Shown here one piece after another: positions 25,827 through 35,768 of a stretch of DNA of 47,139 nt. The stretch comes from an uncultured Planctomycetaceae bacterium (GTDB lineage Bacteria > Planctomycetota > Planctomycetia > Pirellulales > Thermoguttaceae), in assembly GCA_964487655.1 (NCBI GenBank), contig CAZASB010000002.1, positions 1-47,139 of the forward strand, given 5' to 3'. The notes under the pieces were generated by a model. It had not been told where the DNA came from. It saw nothing but the letters and a program-made list of their open reading frames with translations, and searched no databases. Both the position numbers and the translations under genes were made by a program. Positions within the stretch are counted from its first letter, which is position 1; every line of letters begins with the position of its first letter.

Positions 25827-27358
25827 GGCTCTCTGGTATGCCAGTCGGTCGCCTGCTGGAACATGGCGGCTGCGCGCAGCAGTCGCTCCTCCTCGAACGG
25901 CGGCGTTTGCAAGTGAAGTCCAATTGGCAAGCCCTTGCCGCTGAGTCCGCACGGAACGGATAGACTCGCCAGACCTGCCAGGTTTGCGCTGACCATGTAG
26001 AGGCCGAACAGGTACATGGCCAACGGATCGTCGGTCTTCTCGCCTAACTTGTAGGCAGGCGTGGGCGTAACGGGGCCGATCAGGAGGTCGACCTTCTTGA
26101 AGGCTTCATCGAAATCTTGCCGAATGAGCCGCTGCACCTTGAGCGCCTTCAGGTAGTAGGCCTCGTAATAACCGGCGCTCAGGGCGTATGTGCCCAGCAT
26201 GACGCGACGTTTCACTTCGGGTCCGAATCCCTCAGACCGCGTGCGGCGATACATGCGGGTCAGGCTCGTATCGAGCGATTCCAAACCGATCGTATTGCCG
26301 GCCTCGCGCAGCCGTTTTCGCTCGGCTTCCAGTTCGGTCAGCATGGCTCGTTCGTCGGTGCGGTAGCCGTAGTGGACACCATCGTAGCAGGCCAAGTTGC
26401 TCGAGGCTTCGCACGGGGCGATGATATAATACGTGGCCACCGCATACCGGCTGTGCGGCAAGGATACGTCGTGGATCGTGGCGCCGAGCGACTTGTAAAC
26501 ATCCACTGCCTCGCGCACGGCACGCTCGACCTCGCCGTCGAGTCCCTCACCGAAATGCTCTCGCACCATGCCCAGACGCAGACCGGCAAGCGGCTGGCGT
26601 ACCGTGCTCGCGTAGGAAGGTACGGGGCGGTCGACCGAGGTCGAATCGTTCGGATCGTACCCGGCCAACACTTCGAGCAGCAGCGAGCAGTCTTCCGCCG
26701 TTTGCCCCAGCGGGCCCACTTGATCCAGGCTGCTGGCAAACGCTACAAGGCCGAAGCGACTCACTCGACCGTAGCTGGGCTTCAACCCCGTAACACCGCA
26801 TAACGCGGCAGGGCAGCGGATGGAACCACCCGTGTCGGTCCCGATCGAAAGCGGGACCATTCGGGCGGCGATGCACGCCGCCGCGCCGCCGCTGGAGCCG
26901 CCGGGAATACGCTCGGGGTTCCACGGGTTGGTGGTCTTCTGAAAGGCCGAGTTCTCCGTCGAACCGCCCATGGCGAACTCGTCCATATTCGTACGGCCCA
27001 ATAGAACCGCGTCGGCCCGTTTCAGCTTGGCGACGACTGTGGCGTCGTACGGCGGTCGGAATCCGGCCAGCATGCGCGACGCGCACGTGGTCAACTGGCC
27101 CTTCTGACACAGCAGGTCCTTCACTGCAACCGGCAGTCCGGCCAGCGGTCCCAGTGGTTCCCCCGCCGCGCGTCGGCGGTCGATCCCCTCGGCCTGCTCT
27201 AGGGCCGCCTTGGCATCGACTCGCAAGAAGGCGCGAATTTGGCCATCCCGCTGTTCGATCCGCGCAAGACATGCCTGGGTAAGTTCGACTGCGCTGGTCT
27301 CTCCAGACTGCAACCGCTTGAGTAACCCGGTTGCCGTGTGCCTGAGAAGGGACATCAT
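25823..27358 (-). CDS. gatA: Glutamyl-tRNA(Gln) amidotransferase subunit A
   Basis: Amidase signature GGSSGGAAACIAARMVPLSIGTDTGGSIRCPAALCGVTGLKPSYGRVSR. The ATG at 27358 overlaps the gatC stop (ATGA). Confidence 0.9.
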   Translation of the reverse strand: MMSLLRHTATGLLKRLQSGETSAVELTQACLARIEQRDGQIRAFLRVDAKAALEQAEGIDRRRAAGEPLGPLAGLPVAVKDLLCQKGQLTTCASRMLAGFRPPYDATVVAKLKRADAVLLGRTNMDEFAMGGSTENSAFQKTTNPWNPERIPGGSSGGAAACIAARMVPLSIGTDTGGSIRCPAALCGVTGLKPSYGRVSRFGLVAFASSLDQVGPLGQTAEDCSLLLEVLAGYDPNDSTSVDRPVPSYASTVRQPLAGLRLGMVREHFGEGLDGEVERAVREAVDVYKSLGATIHDVSLPHSRYAVATYYIIAPCEASSNLACYDGVHYGYRTDERAMLTELEAERKRLREAGNTIGLESLDTSLTRMYRRTRSEGFGPEVKRRVMLGTYALSAGYYEAYYLKALKVQRLIRQDFDEAFKKVDLLIGPVTPTPAYKLGEKTDDPLAMYLFGLYMVSANLAGLASLSVPCGLSGKGLPIGLHLQTPPFEEERLLRAAAMFQQATDWHTREP

Positions 27359-27648
27359 ATTTCTCCCAGTACGGCCGGCACGCGGTAGCACGCGTCATCT
27401 CGACTGGAAGCGTTGGCCAGTGCCTGCTTGAGAGGAAGGCTGGGGCGAACCTCGTCGTCGCGGAGGGCATCCACCATACCGAGTGGATGGGCCATTGGCT
27501 CGACCCCCTCGGTATCGACCTGCTCCAGTAACGCGATATACTCCAACACCGCGCCGAGCTGCCCGGTCATCTGCTCCAACTCGGCCTCCGAGAGTAGCAG
27601 TCTTGCCAGGAGCGAGACTTTTTCGACTTCGTTACGAGAGATCGCCAT
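27355..27648 (-). CDS. gatC: Asp/Glu-tRNA amidotransferase subunit C
   Basis: 97 aa. VEKVSLLARLLLSEAELEQMTGQLGAVLEYIALLEQVDTEGVEP is the typical GatC pattern. It is the first gene of the gatCAB operon. Confidence 0.85.
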   Translation of the reverse strand: MAISRNEVEKVSLLARLLLSEAELEQMTGQLGAVLEYIALLEQVDTEGVEPMAHPLGMVDALRDDEVRPSLPLKQALANASSRDDACYRVPAVLGEI

Positions 27649-27806
27649 GGATTCGGCCCGGGTGCGGAGTCAACAAAGGGTGAATCGCCGCCGTACGAGC
27701 AGGAACGGCGGTCGAACCCGCTCTCTGCTGAAGACGCGCCATTGAATACCGAACAACGCCATCGCCGGAGGCAATGGCACCGTGATTTCCACGACCGGAG
27801 AACCGA

Positions 27807-28082
27807 CTAGGCCGACTTGGCGGCCTTCGGCATCTGGAACGGCACCACTCGCACCCGCTTGGTTACCGCGCCGCTGCGGAGGCACTGTGTGCATACCCGA
27901 ACCGTTTTGTTCGCACCTTTCGCGGTCGTAACGCGAACGCGCTGGAGGTTGGGCTTGAACTTTCGGCGGGCGATTCCGGTAACTTTGGTTCCTACCCCGC
28001 CGAGGTATTTCGCCTTGCCGCGGTGAGCGACCGAATTACCCATCACGGGCTTCTTTCCACAAACTTCACAAACACATGCCAT
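27807..28082 (-). CDS. rpmB: 50S ribosomal protein L28
   Basis: 91 aa. CEVCGKKPVMGNSVAHRGKAK...FKPNLQRVRV is the L28 pattern. GGAGGAG lies upstream of the ATG at 28082. Confidence 0.85.
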   Translation of the reverse strand: MACVCEVCGKKPVMGNSVAHRGKAKYLGGVGTKVTGIARRKFKPNLQRVRVTTAKGANKTVRVCTQCLRSGAVTKRVRVVPFQMPKAAKSA

Positions 28083-28128
28083 GGCAAGCTACCTTTCCAC
28101 AACTCCTCCAGAAGACGACCAAACTCGC

Positions 28129-28156
28129 AGTATAGCTGATCGGCCTTTCCTCGCAA
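28129..28156 (-). promoter_or_regulatory. Candidate sigma70-like promoter of rpmB (TTGCGA-N16-TATACT)
   Basis: On the minus strand, TTGCGA (28156-28151), a 16-nt spacer and TATACT (28134-28129) lie about 47 nt upstream of the rpmB ATG. This is pattern matching only. Confidence 0.35.
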
Positions 28157-28240
28157 AGGGGTGACAATTCCAAAACGGGAATTGGTGCCAACACGGTCCG
28201 ACCGGGGGGGCAACCCTTTGGGAATGGCGGGAATGCTCGG

Positions 28241-29032
28241 CTATTCGCCGCGGATCAAACCAAGGACTTCGTCGAGGATGCGGCCATTGGCACCGATGCC
28301 GTTTCCCCCGCGAATGGTGGGATTTCCGTGCCAGTCCGTAAAAGTGCCACCGGCCTCTTCGAGGATCGGTAGAAGGGGAGCGGTGTCCCAGACGGCCATT
28401 TGTGGGTCGACCATCAGCTCGGCCCGGCCGGTTGCCACCAGCATGTAGCCGTAGCAATCGCCCCAGGTGCGCACCAAGCGTGCCGTCGACTGCAGACGGC
28501 GGAACGCGCCCTCTTGGCCCATGTCCCACCAAAGTTTGATCTCACTGCTCAAGAAGATGCCCTCGGCAAGCTGCTCGCACGCCGAAACACGTGCCGGCCG
28601 CGGCGGCGCGTCGCCTCGGACATACCAGGCACCCTCGCCCCGGGTAGCATACACGCACTCATTCGTGGCGGGGATACGAATGACTCCGAGGACAGGCTGG
28701 TCTTCAAACTCCATTCCGACAAGGGTTCCAAACAACGGTACCCCATGAATGAATGATCTCGTGCCATCGATCGGGTCGAGAATCCAGCGGAAGGGACTTC
28801 CGCCAGTCCGGTCGGGCAATTCTTCGCCGAGAATGGAATCGTCGGGGAATGCGTCGGCGATGCGGTGGCGAAGATGTTCCTCCACCCTGCGGTCGGCGGC
28901 GGTCACCGGCGAGTCGTCCGCCTTGCGATCGACGCGCAAATCGGGGTTGCCGAAATATTCCATCGCAATCCAGCCTGCCTCTCGGGCGATGTCGACTGCA
29001 AGGTTCAATCGCTCTTCGATCTCAATCATCAT
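28241..29032 (-). CDS. Inositol monophosphatase family protein (HisN-like histidinol-phosphatase type)
   Basis: Metal-binding motifs GEE, WILDPIDGT and WDTAP. The TWGDCYGYMLVATGRA segment is typical of the HisN branch. Confidence 0.75.
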   Translation of the reverse strand: MMIEIEERLNLAVDIAREAGWIAMEYFGNPDLRVDRKADDSPVTAADRRVEEHLRHRIADAFPDDSILGEELPDRTGGSPFRWILDPIDGTRSFIHGVPLFGTLVGMEFEDQPVLGVIRIPATNECVYATRGEGAWYVRGDAPPRPARVSACEQLAEGIFLSSEIKLWWDMGQEGAFRRLQSTARLVRTWGDCYGYMLVATGRAELMVDPQMAVWDTAPLLPILEEAGGTFTDWHGNPTIRGGNGIGANGRILDEVLGLIRGE

Positions 29033-29375
29033 GATTCACCATTTCCAAACGGGGCCGTTAGGCATGCTCTTCCAACAAAGACCGCCCAATTGTACCAGTA
29101 GCACGCCCACCCTGCAACATGGCGAGACTCCGTTCGCAGGGTGAACGAATCCGGCGAGGGCCGTCGTTACTCAGCTTTTTTGAACCGGAGCAGGTAAAGG
29201 AGCCGTATGAATGTCGAGTTCGTCGATGAGCTTAAATCCGCCGCGGGTCGCCTCTTCAATCGTGAGCGCCTAAATAGAGCGGCGAGCGGCCTTTCGCTTG
29301 TTCCGGCCCCGCTGGATACGTTACACTAAAATGGTACCCTGAACTCGTCCTCGCATTGCCAAGAGGGACATTGTC

Positions 29376-30647
29376 ATGCCCGATTACTGCGGAACCCGAA
29401 TTGTGCTCCTTATTGCGCTGACGATTGTCGCGACCGTCGCGCCGTCCCTCGCATTCGGTGCCGATTGGCCCGGATGGCGCGGCCCGCGACGCGACGGTGT
29501 GAGCCGCGAGACGGGGCTCTTGCAGGAGTGGCCGGAGGGAGGGCCGTCCCTGGTCTGGGCAACGAACCTGTGCGGCGAGGGATACGCCACGCCGGCGGTT
29601 GCGGGTAATCGCGTATACATGATGGGGAACGGCCGCGGCGGCGAGTGGGTCGTGGCCCTAAATGTCGAGAAGAAAGGCACGCAAGAGTGGGCTTCCGCCA
29701 CGGGGTCAGGGAATGAGCAAGTCGAGTATCCCGGGGCACGCTCAACCCCCACCGTCGACAGCCAACGCGTGTATGCCCTCGGCGTGGCCGGAATCCTCGT
29801 GTGTCTGGATGCCGAAGACGGCAAGGTAATCTGGCACAAGAACCTCGTGACGGACTTCGGCGGTACGGCACCCAACTGGGGGTACTCCGAGTCGGTGCTG
29901 GTTGATGGCAAGTTCGTTATCTGTACGCCGGGCGGCCGAGAGAACACGCTCGTCGCGTTGAACAAAGACACCGGTCAGAAGGTCTGGGGGGCGGTCATCG
30001 GTGATGCGGCCGCCTATTCGTCTGTCATCAAGGTCAAGATCGCCCAGGTTTCACAGTATGTTGCCTTTACGGCCAAGGGGGTTGTGAGCGTTGCCGCCGA
30101 TTCCGGACGCTCGCTATGGCGTTACGACGCACCGGCTGGTCCCACAGCCAATATCGCCACGCCAATTTGGTACAAAGACACCATCTTCGCGGCCAGTGCC
30201 TACAAAAAGGGTGGCGGACTCGTCTGGCCACGTTTCACCCCGCAAGGCTTCGTGCCCCAGCAGATCTACTTCACCAAAGACATGCAGAACCATCATGGGG
30301 GCATGGTGCTTGTCAATGAGTATCTTTTCGGGTGCGGCAACCCCAGTGTGCTGACGTGCCTGAACTACCGCACGGGCGAGATCATATGGACCGACCGCAG
30401 TTGCGGCAAGTGCTCGATCCTCCACGCCGACCGGCGTCTCTACTGCCGCGACGAGAACGGACCCATCAGCCTAGTGGCCGACGACGCGAAAGGCTTCAAC
30501 CTGCATGGACGGTTCACCCCGCCACACCGCAGCGGCCAGAAGGCATGGCCACACCTAGTCGTCGCCAATGGCATGATGTACGTTCGCGACCAGAACGTCT
30601 TGCTGTGCTACGACGTACGCGATCTCAAGATCAAGAGTTCTCGATAG
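29376..30647 (+). CDS. PQQ-like beta-propeller repeat protein (BamB-like fold), secreted
   Basis: Signal peptide, then ADWPGWRGPRRDGVS, followed by repeated blades of the form (A/P)V..G.V(Y/F). Confidence 0.7.
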   Translation: MPDYCGTRIVLLIALTIVATVAPSLAFGADWPGWRGPRRDGVSRETGLLQEWPEGGPSLVWATNLCGEGYATPAVAGNRVYMMGNGRGGEWVVALNVEKKGTQEWASATGSGNEQVEYPGARSTPTVDSQRVYALGVAGILVCLDAEDGKVIWHKNLVTDFGGTAPNWGYSESVLVDGKFVICTPGGRENTLVALNKDTGQKVWGAVIGDAAAYSSVIKVKIAQVSQYVAFTAKGVVSVAADSGRSLWRYDAPAGPTANIATPIWYKDTIFAASAYKKGGGLVWPRFTPQGFVPQQIYFTKDMQNHHGGMVLVNEYLFGCGNPSVLTCLNYRTGEIIWTDRSCGKCSILHADRRLYCRDENGPISLVADDAKGFNLHGRFTPPHRSGQKAWPHLVVANGMMYVRDQNVLLCYDVRDLKIKSSR

Positions 30648-30843
30648 TCGGATTTTGGGGGACTCCCGGCCTGGCGAGTTGGGGGCGAGAACGGGCTCCA
30701 ACGGAGCCACTGGTGATTTCAGATGCAAGTTCGTTCCTGCGTTCCGGTGTAGCCAACTCACTTGGTGCTGCCTGTTGGTGGGGGGACGTTGGTGGTATAC
30801 TGTTGCACATTGTTGATTTTTTCATCGTTCTTGCGAGTATTTC

Positions 30844-31884
30844 ATGGCCATGTCTCGGGAGCCCATTCTTCATCCTGCGACGGACCAGAAGGAGGAGGAT
30901 CGTGCTCTCCGCCCTCGACACATGGCCGAGATGGTCGGCCAGCGCGAGGTGTATGCGCGGCTGGAGATCGTCGTCGACGCAGCCTCGAAACGTGGCGAAC
31001 CCCTTGGGCACATTCTGTTCGACGGTCCCCCCGGGCTGGGGAAGACCACTTTTGCGATGTGTATTCCCCGCGACCTGGGCGTCGGGTTCCAGATTGCCAG
31101 CGGCGCGGCCCTGGCCGCGCCGAAGGACGTCATCCCCTACCTGACCAATGCCGAGGAGCGATCGGTTCTGTTTATTGACGAGATCCATCGCCTCCCCAAG
31201 GCCGTCGAGGAGTTCCTCTACCCGGCCATGGAGGACTTTCGCGTCGACATCACGCTGGGCGAGGGGGTCAACGCGCGCACGATCAATATGCAACTCCGCC
31301 CGTTTACGGTCATTGGGGCAACGACTCGCACCGGGCTGCTTTCCGCGCCATTGCGTGATCGATTTCAGCTACGCGAGCATCTTGACTTCTACACGATCGA
31401 CGAGTTGGCCGAGATTGTGCGACGGAACGCGGCCAAACTCCGCGTGGAGATCGAGGGGGACGCGACTCGGGAAATCGCCTCACGGAGTCGAGGAACGCCC
31501 CGTTTGGCCAACAATCGGCTCCGCTGGGTCCGAGACTATGCCCAGAGCCGGGCGGACGGACGGATTTCACTTGGCGTCGCCCGGGCGGCGCTGGAAATGC
31601 TGGGGATCGACCGTCGCGGCCTAGATTCGCAGGATCGGAAATACCTCGAAACGATCGCTCGCGTTTTCGCCGGTGGTCCCGTGGGCGTCGAGGCGGTCGC
31701 CCACACCATGAACGTGGCGACCGATACCTTGACGGACGAGGTCGAGCCATTCCTTTTGCGCAGCGAGTTGGTGATTCGCACGCCGCGCGGCCGACGGCTC
31801 ACTGCGGCCGGCTTCGAGCACCTCGGGGTCTCCTTCATCCCAGAAGGTATGGAGGACGCGCAGCCGAAACTCTTTGGCTCCTAG
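30844..31884 (+). CDS. ruvB: Holliday junction branch migration DNA helicase RuvB
   Basis: LRPRHMAEMVGQ, Walker A GPPGLGKTT, Walker B VLFIDEIHRL, FTVIGATTRTGLLSAPLRDRF, and a C-terminal winged-helix segment. Confidence 0.9.
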   Translation: MAMSREPILHPATDQKEEDRALRPRHMAEMVGQREVYARLEIVVDAASKRGEPLGHILFDGPPGLGKTTFAMCIPRDLGVGFQIASGAALAAPKDVIPYLTNAEERSVLFIDEIHRLPKAVEEFLYPAMEDFRVDITLGEGVNARTINMQLRPFTVIGATTRTGLLSAPLRDRFQLREHLDFYTIDELAEIVRRNAAKLRVEIEGDATREIASRSRGTPRLANNRLRWVRDYAQSRADGRISLGVARAALEMLGIDRRGLDSQDRKYLETIARVFAGGPVGVEAVAHTMNVATDTLTDEVEPFLLRSELVIRTPRGRRLTAAGFEHLGVSFIPEGMEDAQPKLFGS

Positions 31885-32140
31885 CCCAGACTGTCCACCA
31901 CAAAGTTCCTATCTCTCTGACGCTGATCTTTGGAAAAATGAGCCGGATTGGAAGTGGCTGCAAGAACAAGATGCCCGAAACGCCCTAACATCGCCAGCTT
32001 CACGCACTGGAGTCTCATTTCTGCCCTCCGGTCATGGAGAACGCCATCCTTTCAGAGCGCCATAACGTCTTGTCCCAATTCACCTTAGGATAAATCCAAT
32101 CGAATCTCGGAATGATAGGGCTCGTCCCGCCGGTGACCTT

Positions 32141-32170
32141 CCTCGCAACTCCTCGCAACTCCTCGCGACT
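32141..32170 (+). repeat. Three tandem 10-mers (CCTCGCAACT x2, CCTCGCGACT) in the long leader upstream of cpaF
   Basis: Read directly at 32141-32150, 32151-32160 and 32161-32170, about 240 nt upstream of the cpaF ATG. Confidence 0.8.
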
Positions 32171-32410
32171 CCAGCTTACGTACAACAACGAGGGCATTCC
32201 GCCGGGGTAAAGTGGTTCGCGTAAAAGCATACAATCGCGCTAGTCGGCACAATCGCCACCTCTTGCCTGTGTTGCCGCTTTGACACTCGCTATAAGCTAG
32301 ACTTTTTTAGGCGCCGTAGATTTGCATGGGGCGCCCTCTCGGCCGAGTCCCTCCCCCAGGTTGGAACCGTCGGCGAGTAGGAGACTTGCATTCCACGCGA
32401 GGAAGCGTCC

Positions 32411-33730
32411 ATGGCGAAACTTACAACAACGTTGCGCACCACCGATTCGAAAGAAGGTAACTTCGAACGACTCAAGCAACGCATCCATAACAAGCTGGTC
32501 GACAAGCTCGACTTGAGCCGTGTGGGTGAGTTAGAAGGCGATACGCTGCGCCGGGAAATCCGGCTTGTCGTTGAGCACCTGTGCGACACGCAGGACGTGC
32601 TGCTCAACCGTAACGAGCGAGAACGGTTGATCGAGGAAGTGCTCGATGAGACTTTCGGGCTCGGTCCACTTGAGATGCTTCTGAAAGACGCGACGATCAG
32701 CGATATCCTGATCAACGGTCCGAGAAACATCTACGTTGAACGTCGCGGAAAGATGGAGAAGACGACGGTCGCCTTCCGCGACAACGACCACCTGATGCAG
32801 ATCATCGACCGCATCATCTCAAGAGTGGGACGCCGGGTCGATGAAACCTGCCCCATGGTCGATGCCCGCATGATTGACGGATCGCGCTTCAACGCGATCA
32901 TCCCGCCCTTGGCGCTCGATGGGGCGGCCGTGTCCATTCGTCGTTTTGGCGCAAATCCATTGAAGCTCGAGGATCTGTTGAACTATAAGGCGTTCACGCC
33001 GGAAATGGTCATGCTCCTGGAAGGGGCCATCAAGGCGCGGTTGAACATCCTTATTAGCGGTGGGACGGGCTCCGGCAAGACGACACTGTTGAATACCCTG
33101 TCGAGCTTCATCCCGAACACGGACCGTATTGTCACGATTGAAGACGCGGCGGAACTCCAGCTCCAGCAGGACCACGTCGTGCGACTGGAAACACGACCGG
33201 CCAATATCGAAGGCAAGGGCGAGATCAAGGCTACCGATCTGGTGCGCAACGCCCTGCGAATGCGGCCCGAACGCATCATTATTGGCGAATGCCGCGGCAC
33301 GGAGGCGCTCGATATGCTCCAGGCCATGAACACGGGCCACGAGGGCTCGCTTACAACCATTCACGCGAACACTCCGCGCGACGCCATCGCCCGACTCGAA
33401 ACCATGATCATGATGGCCGGCTTCGAACTGCCGCTGAAAGCCATGCGCGCGCAAATCGCCAGTGCCGTCGACCTAGTCGTGCAAGCGTCGCGACTGCAAG
33501 GCGGCCCGCGGAAAATTACGTACATTACCGAGATTGTCGGCATGGAGCAGGACACTGTCGTCATGCAGGACATCTACCGTTTCGACAAGAAGGGACTGGA
33601 CGAGACCGGACGAGCGTACGGGCAGTTTCATGCCACCGGAGTCCGCCCCAGTTTCATGGACCGGCTTGAATCTGCCGGCGTTCGACTTCCCGCTAGTGCC
33701 TTCCGGCAACGCGTCATGATGGAAGATTAA
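32411..33730 (+). CDS. cpaF: Tad/Flp pilus assembly ATPase CpaF/TadA
   Basis: Walker [14 protein letters not shown], Asp box [10 protein letters not shown], Walker [12 protein letters not shown], His box [13 protein letters not shown]. Confidence 0.9.
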   Translation: MAKLTTTLRTTDSKEGNFERLKQRIHNKLVDKLDLSRVGELEGDTLRREIRLVVEHLCDTQDVLLNRNERERLIEEVLDETFGLGPLEMLLKDATISDILINGPRNIYVERRGKMEKTTVAFRDNDHLMQIIDRIISRVGRRVDETCPMVDARMIDGSRFNAIIPPLALDGAAVSIRRFGANPLKLEDLLNYKAFTPEMVMLLEGAIKARLNILISGGTGSGKTTLLNTLSSFIPNTDRIVTIEDAAELQLQQDHVVRLETRPANIEGKGEIKATDLVRNALRMRPERIIIGECRGTEALDMLQAMNTGHEGSLTTIHANTPRDAIARLETMIMMAGFELPLKAMRAQIASAVDLVVQASRLQGGPRKITYITEIVGMEQDTVVMQDIYRFDKKGLDETGRAYGQFHATGVRPSFMDRLESAGVRLPASAFRQRVMMED

Positions 33731-33753
33731 CCCCATACAGCAGGCACGCGTCC

Positions 33754-34719
33754 ATGACTCCCACTCTCTTGATTGGTATTGCCGTATTCGTCTTCGTGGC
33801 GGCGCTTGTTGGCGGCTTGTCGCTTCTGATGCGAGAACGGGAGAGTTCGGTCGTCGAGGACCGGCTTGCCATGCTCACGGGCATGGGAGGCTCTCGAGAC
33901 GGGCTCGAAAAGGAGAAAAGCGTTCTCTCGCAACCGCTCGACGAAGAGCCGGGGATATTCGACAGTTTCTTCACCCGGTTTGGAAACGTCAGCTTGCTGC
34001 TTGAACAGGCCGATACCTCGCTCACACTCACGAAACTGGTCCTCATTTCCGCGGCGATAGCCGGAGCGGGATTGCTCTTTGGAACAGCTCTTGGAGTCCA
34101 TCTGGCGCTGCTGCCGATCGTCGGCGTGGTTCTGGGGGCGTTGCCTTTGATGTGGATTCTCTGGCGGCGCAAGCGCCGGCTGAAACAGTTCGCCGCGCAA
34201 CTGCCTGACGCGCTCGAAATGATCGCTCGCGGACTGCGTTCGGGACAGAGTCTCGGCTTCGGGTTCAACTGTGTGAGTGACGAGATGAGTGATCCGATCT
34301 CGACTGAGTTCCAGCGGGCATTCGAGGAGCAAAACCTGGGCGTGCCGCTCGAGGAAACACTGCGCGACCTCAGCGAACGCATTCCAAACCTGGATTTGAA
34401 GTTCTTTGTCACGGCCGTCATTCTCCAGCGTCAAACCGGCGGCGACCTAGCCGAGATCCTTGACAAGATCGGCGCGCTCATCCGGGACCGGTTTCGTATC
34501 TGGGGACAAGTGCAGGCATTGACGGGCGAAGGCCGGCTTTCCGGCGTCGTGCTCCTGGCCTTGCCCTTTGTGCTGTTTTTCGCCGTGTATCAGCTCAATC
34601 CGGAGTACCTCATGGTCCTCTTCACCGACCCGATGGGCAAGCAGATGCTGGCCATTGCCATCATCATGCAGGTGGTAGGGGCCCTGGTTATCCGGAAGAT
34701 TGTCAACATTCGGGTCTGA
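33754..34719 (+). CDS. tadB: Tad pilus platform protein TadB (T2SS-F domain)
   Basis: N-terminal TM segment. T2SSF-type domain LPDALEMIARGLRSGQSLGFGF...GVPLEETLRDLSERIP. C-terminal TM pair. Confidence 0.8.
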   Translation: MTPTLLIGIAVFVFVAALVGGLSLLMRERESSVVEDRLAMLTGMGGSRDGLEKEKSVLSQPLDEEPGIFDSFFTRFGNVSLLLEQADTSLTLTKLVLISAAIAGAGLLFGTALGVHLALLPIVGVVLGALPLMWILWRRKRRLKQFAAQLPDALEMIARGLRSGQSLGFGFNCVSDEMSDPISTEFQRAFEEQNLGVPLEETLRDLSERIPNLDLKFFVTAVILQRQTGGDLAEILDKIGALIRDRFRIWGQVQALTGEGRLSGVVLLALPFVLFFAVYQLNPEYLMVLFTDPMGKQMLAIAIIMQVVGALVIRKIVNIRV

Positions 34720-34747
34720 CCGATTTGGAAAGCGATGTGGGTTCAGT

Positions 34748-35722
34748 ATGACCGTTCTCGCCAATAGCTTGCTCAACTTCGAATCGTTGCTACCACTGGC
34801 CCTGTTCGGCACGTTCGCCGCCGTTGCATGGTGGGTGCTGGAACTCGTGGCCACGGGGAAGCCGCGCGCGTTGGAACGCCTTGACGAGCTGAAAAACCCG
34901 CACAAGCGTAGGCCCGAGTCCGCCGGTGCCTTGAAGAAGCAGGATGCCATGACGCGCGTGTTGGAGAAGGCCACCCCGGCCTTTGCCAAACCGCTGCAAC
35001 CGAAGAACGAAGCCGAGATGAGCAAGCTCAAGATGAAACTCGCCAACGCCGGCTTTCGGAGCGAGACGGCGGGTAGTATCTTTCTGGGACTGAAGTTCGC
35101 TGGGCTCGTGCTTGGCTTGTTCCTCGGCGGCGGCACGATTCTCGGACTCGCCGGCGTCAGTCAGAAGACACTTGTCGCCGCGGTCGCCCTGGCGGGACTC
35201 CTCTTCTACTTACCCGGATTCGTGGTAGGATTCATCGGAAGCAAACGCAAACAGGCCATCTTCCTGGCTCTGCCCGACGCGCTCGACCTGATGGTGGTGT
35301 GTGTGGAGGCGGGCCTTGGACTCGATCAGGCCATGCGCAAAGTCGCGGACGAGATGAAGAAGACCTACCGCATCCTGTCCGCCGAGTTCGCCCTAGCCAA
35401 CTTTCAACTGCAAATGGGCCGGCCCCGCGCGCAGGTGCTCCACGAACTGGGATTGCGAACGGGAGTTGCCGACTTACGCAGCCTTGCCGGCGTTCTTATT
35501 CAGGCCGACAAGTTCGGCTCCAGCGTTGCGTTGGCCCTACGCGTGCAGAGCGACTCGATGCGCACGCGCCGCCGCCAAATGGCTGAAGAAAAAGCCGCCA
35601 AGACGGCCGTGAAGCTGATCTTTCCGCTCGTCCTCTTCATTTTTCCAGGTATCTTCGTGATTCTCGTCGGTCCCGCCGCCATCACCATGGTGCGCGAGAT
35701 GTTCCCGAAAATGAGCGGATAG
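34748..35722 (+). CDS. tadC: Tad pilus platform protein TadC (T2SS-F domain)
   Basis: ATG at 34748. LPDALDLMVVCVEAGLGLDQAMRKVADEM...GRPRAQVLHELGLRTG and C-terminal TM helices. Confidence 0.8.
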   Translation: MTVLANSLLNFESLLPLALFGTFAAVAWWVLELVATGKPRALERLDELKNPHKRRPESAGALKKQDAMTRVLEKATPAFAKPLQPKNEAEMSKLKMKLANAGFRSETAGSIFLGLKFAGLVLGLFLGGGTILGLAGVSQKTLVAAVALAGLLFYLPGFVVGFIGSKRKQAIFLALPDALDLMVVCVEAGLGLDQAMRKVADEMKKTYRILSAEFALANFQLQMGRPRAQVLHELGLRTGVADLRSLAGVLIQADKFGSSVALALRVQSDSMRTRRRQMAEEKAAKTAVKLIFPLVLFIFPGIFVILVGPAAITMVREMFPKMSG

Positions 35723-35768
35723 CCCGTAGATTGGTCGCCGTGGACGGCCGAGGCAAATTCCATCCGCT

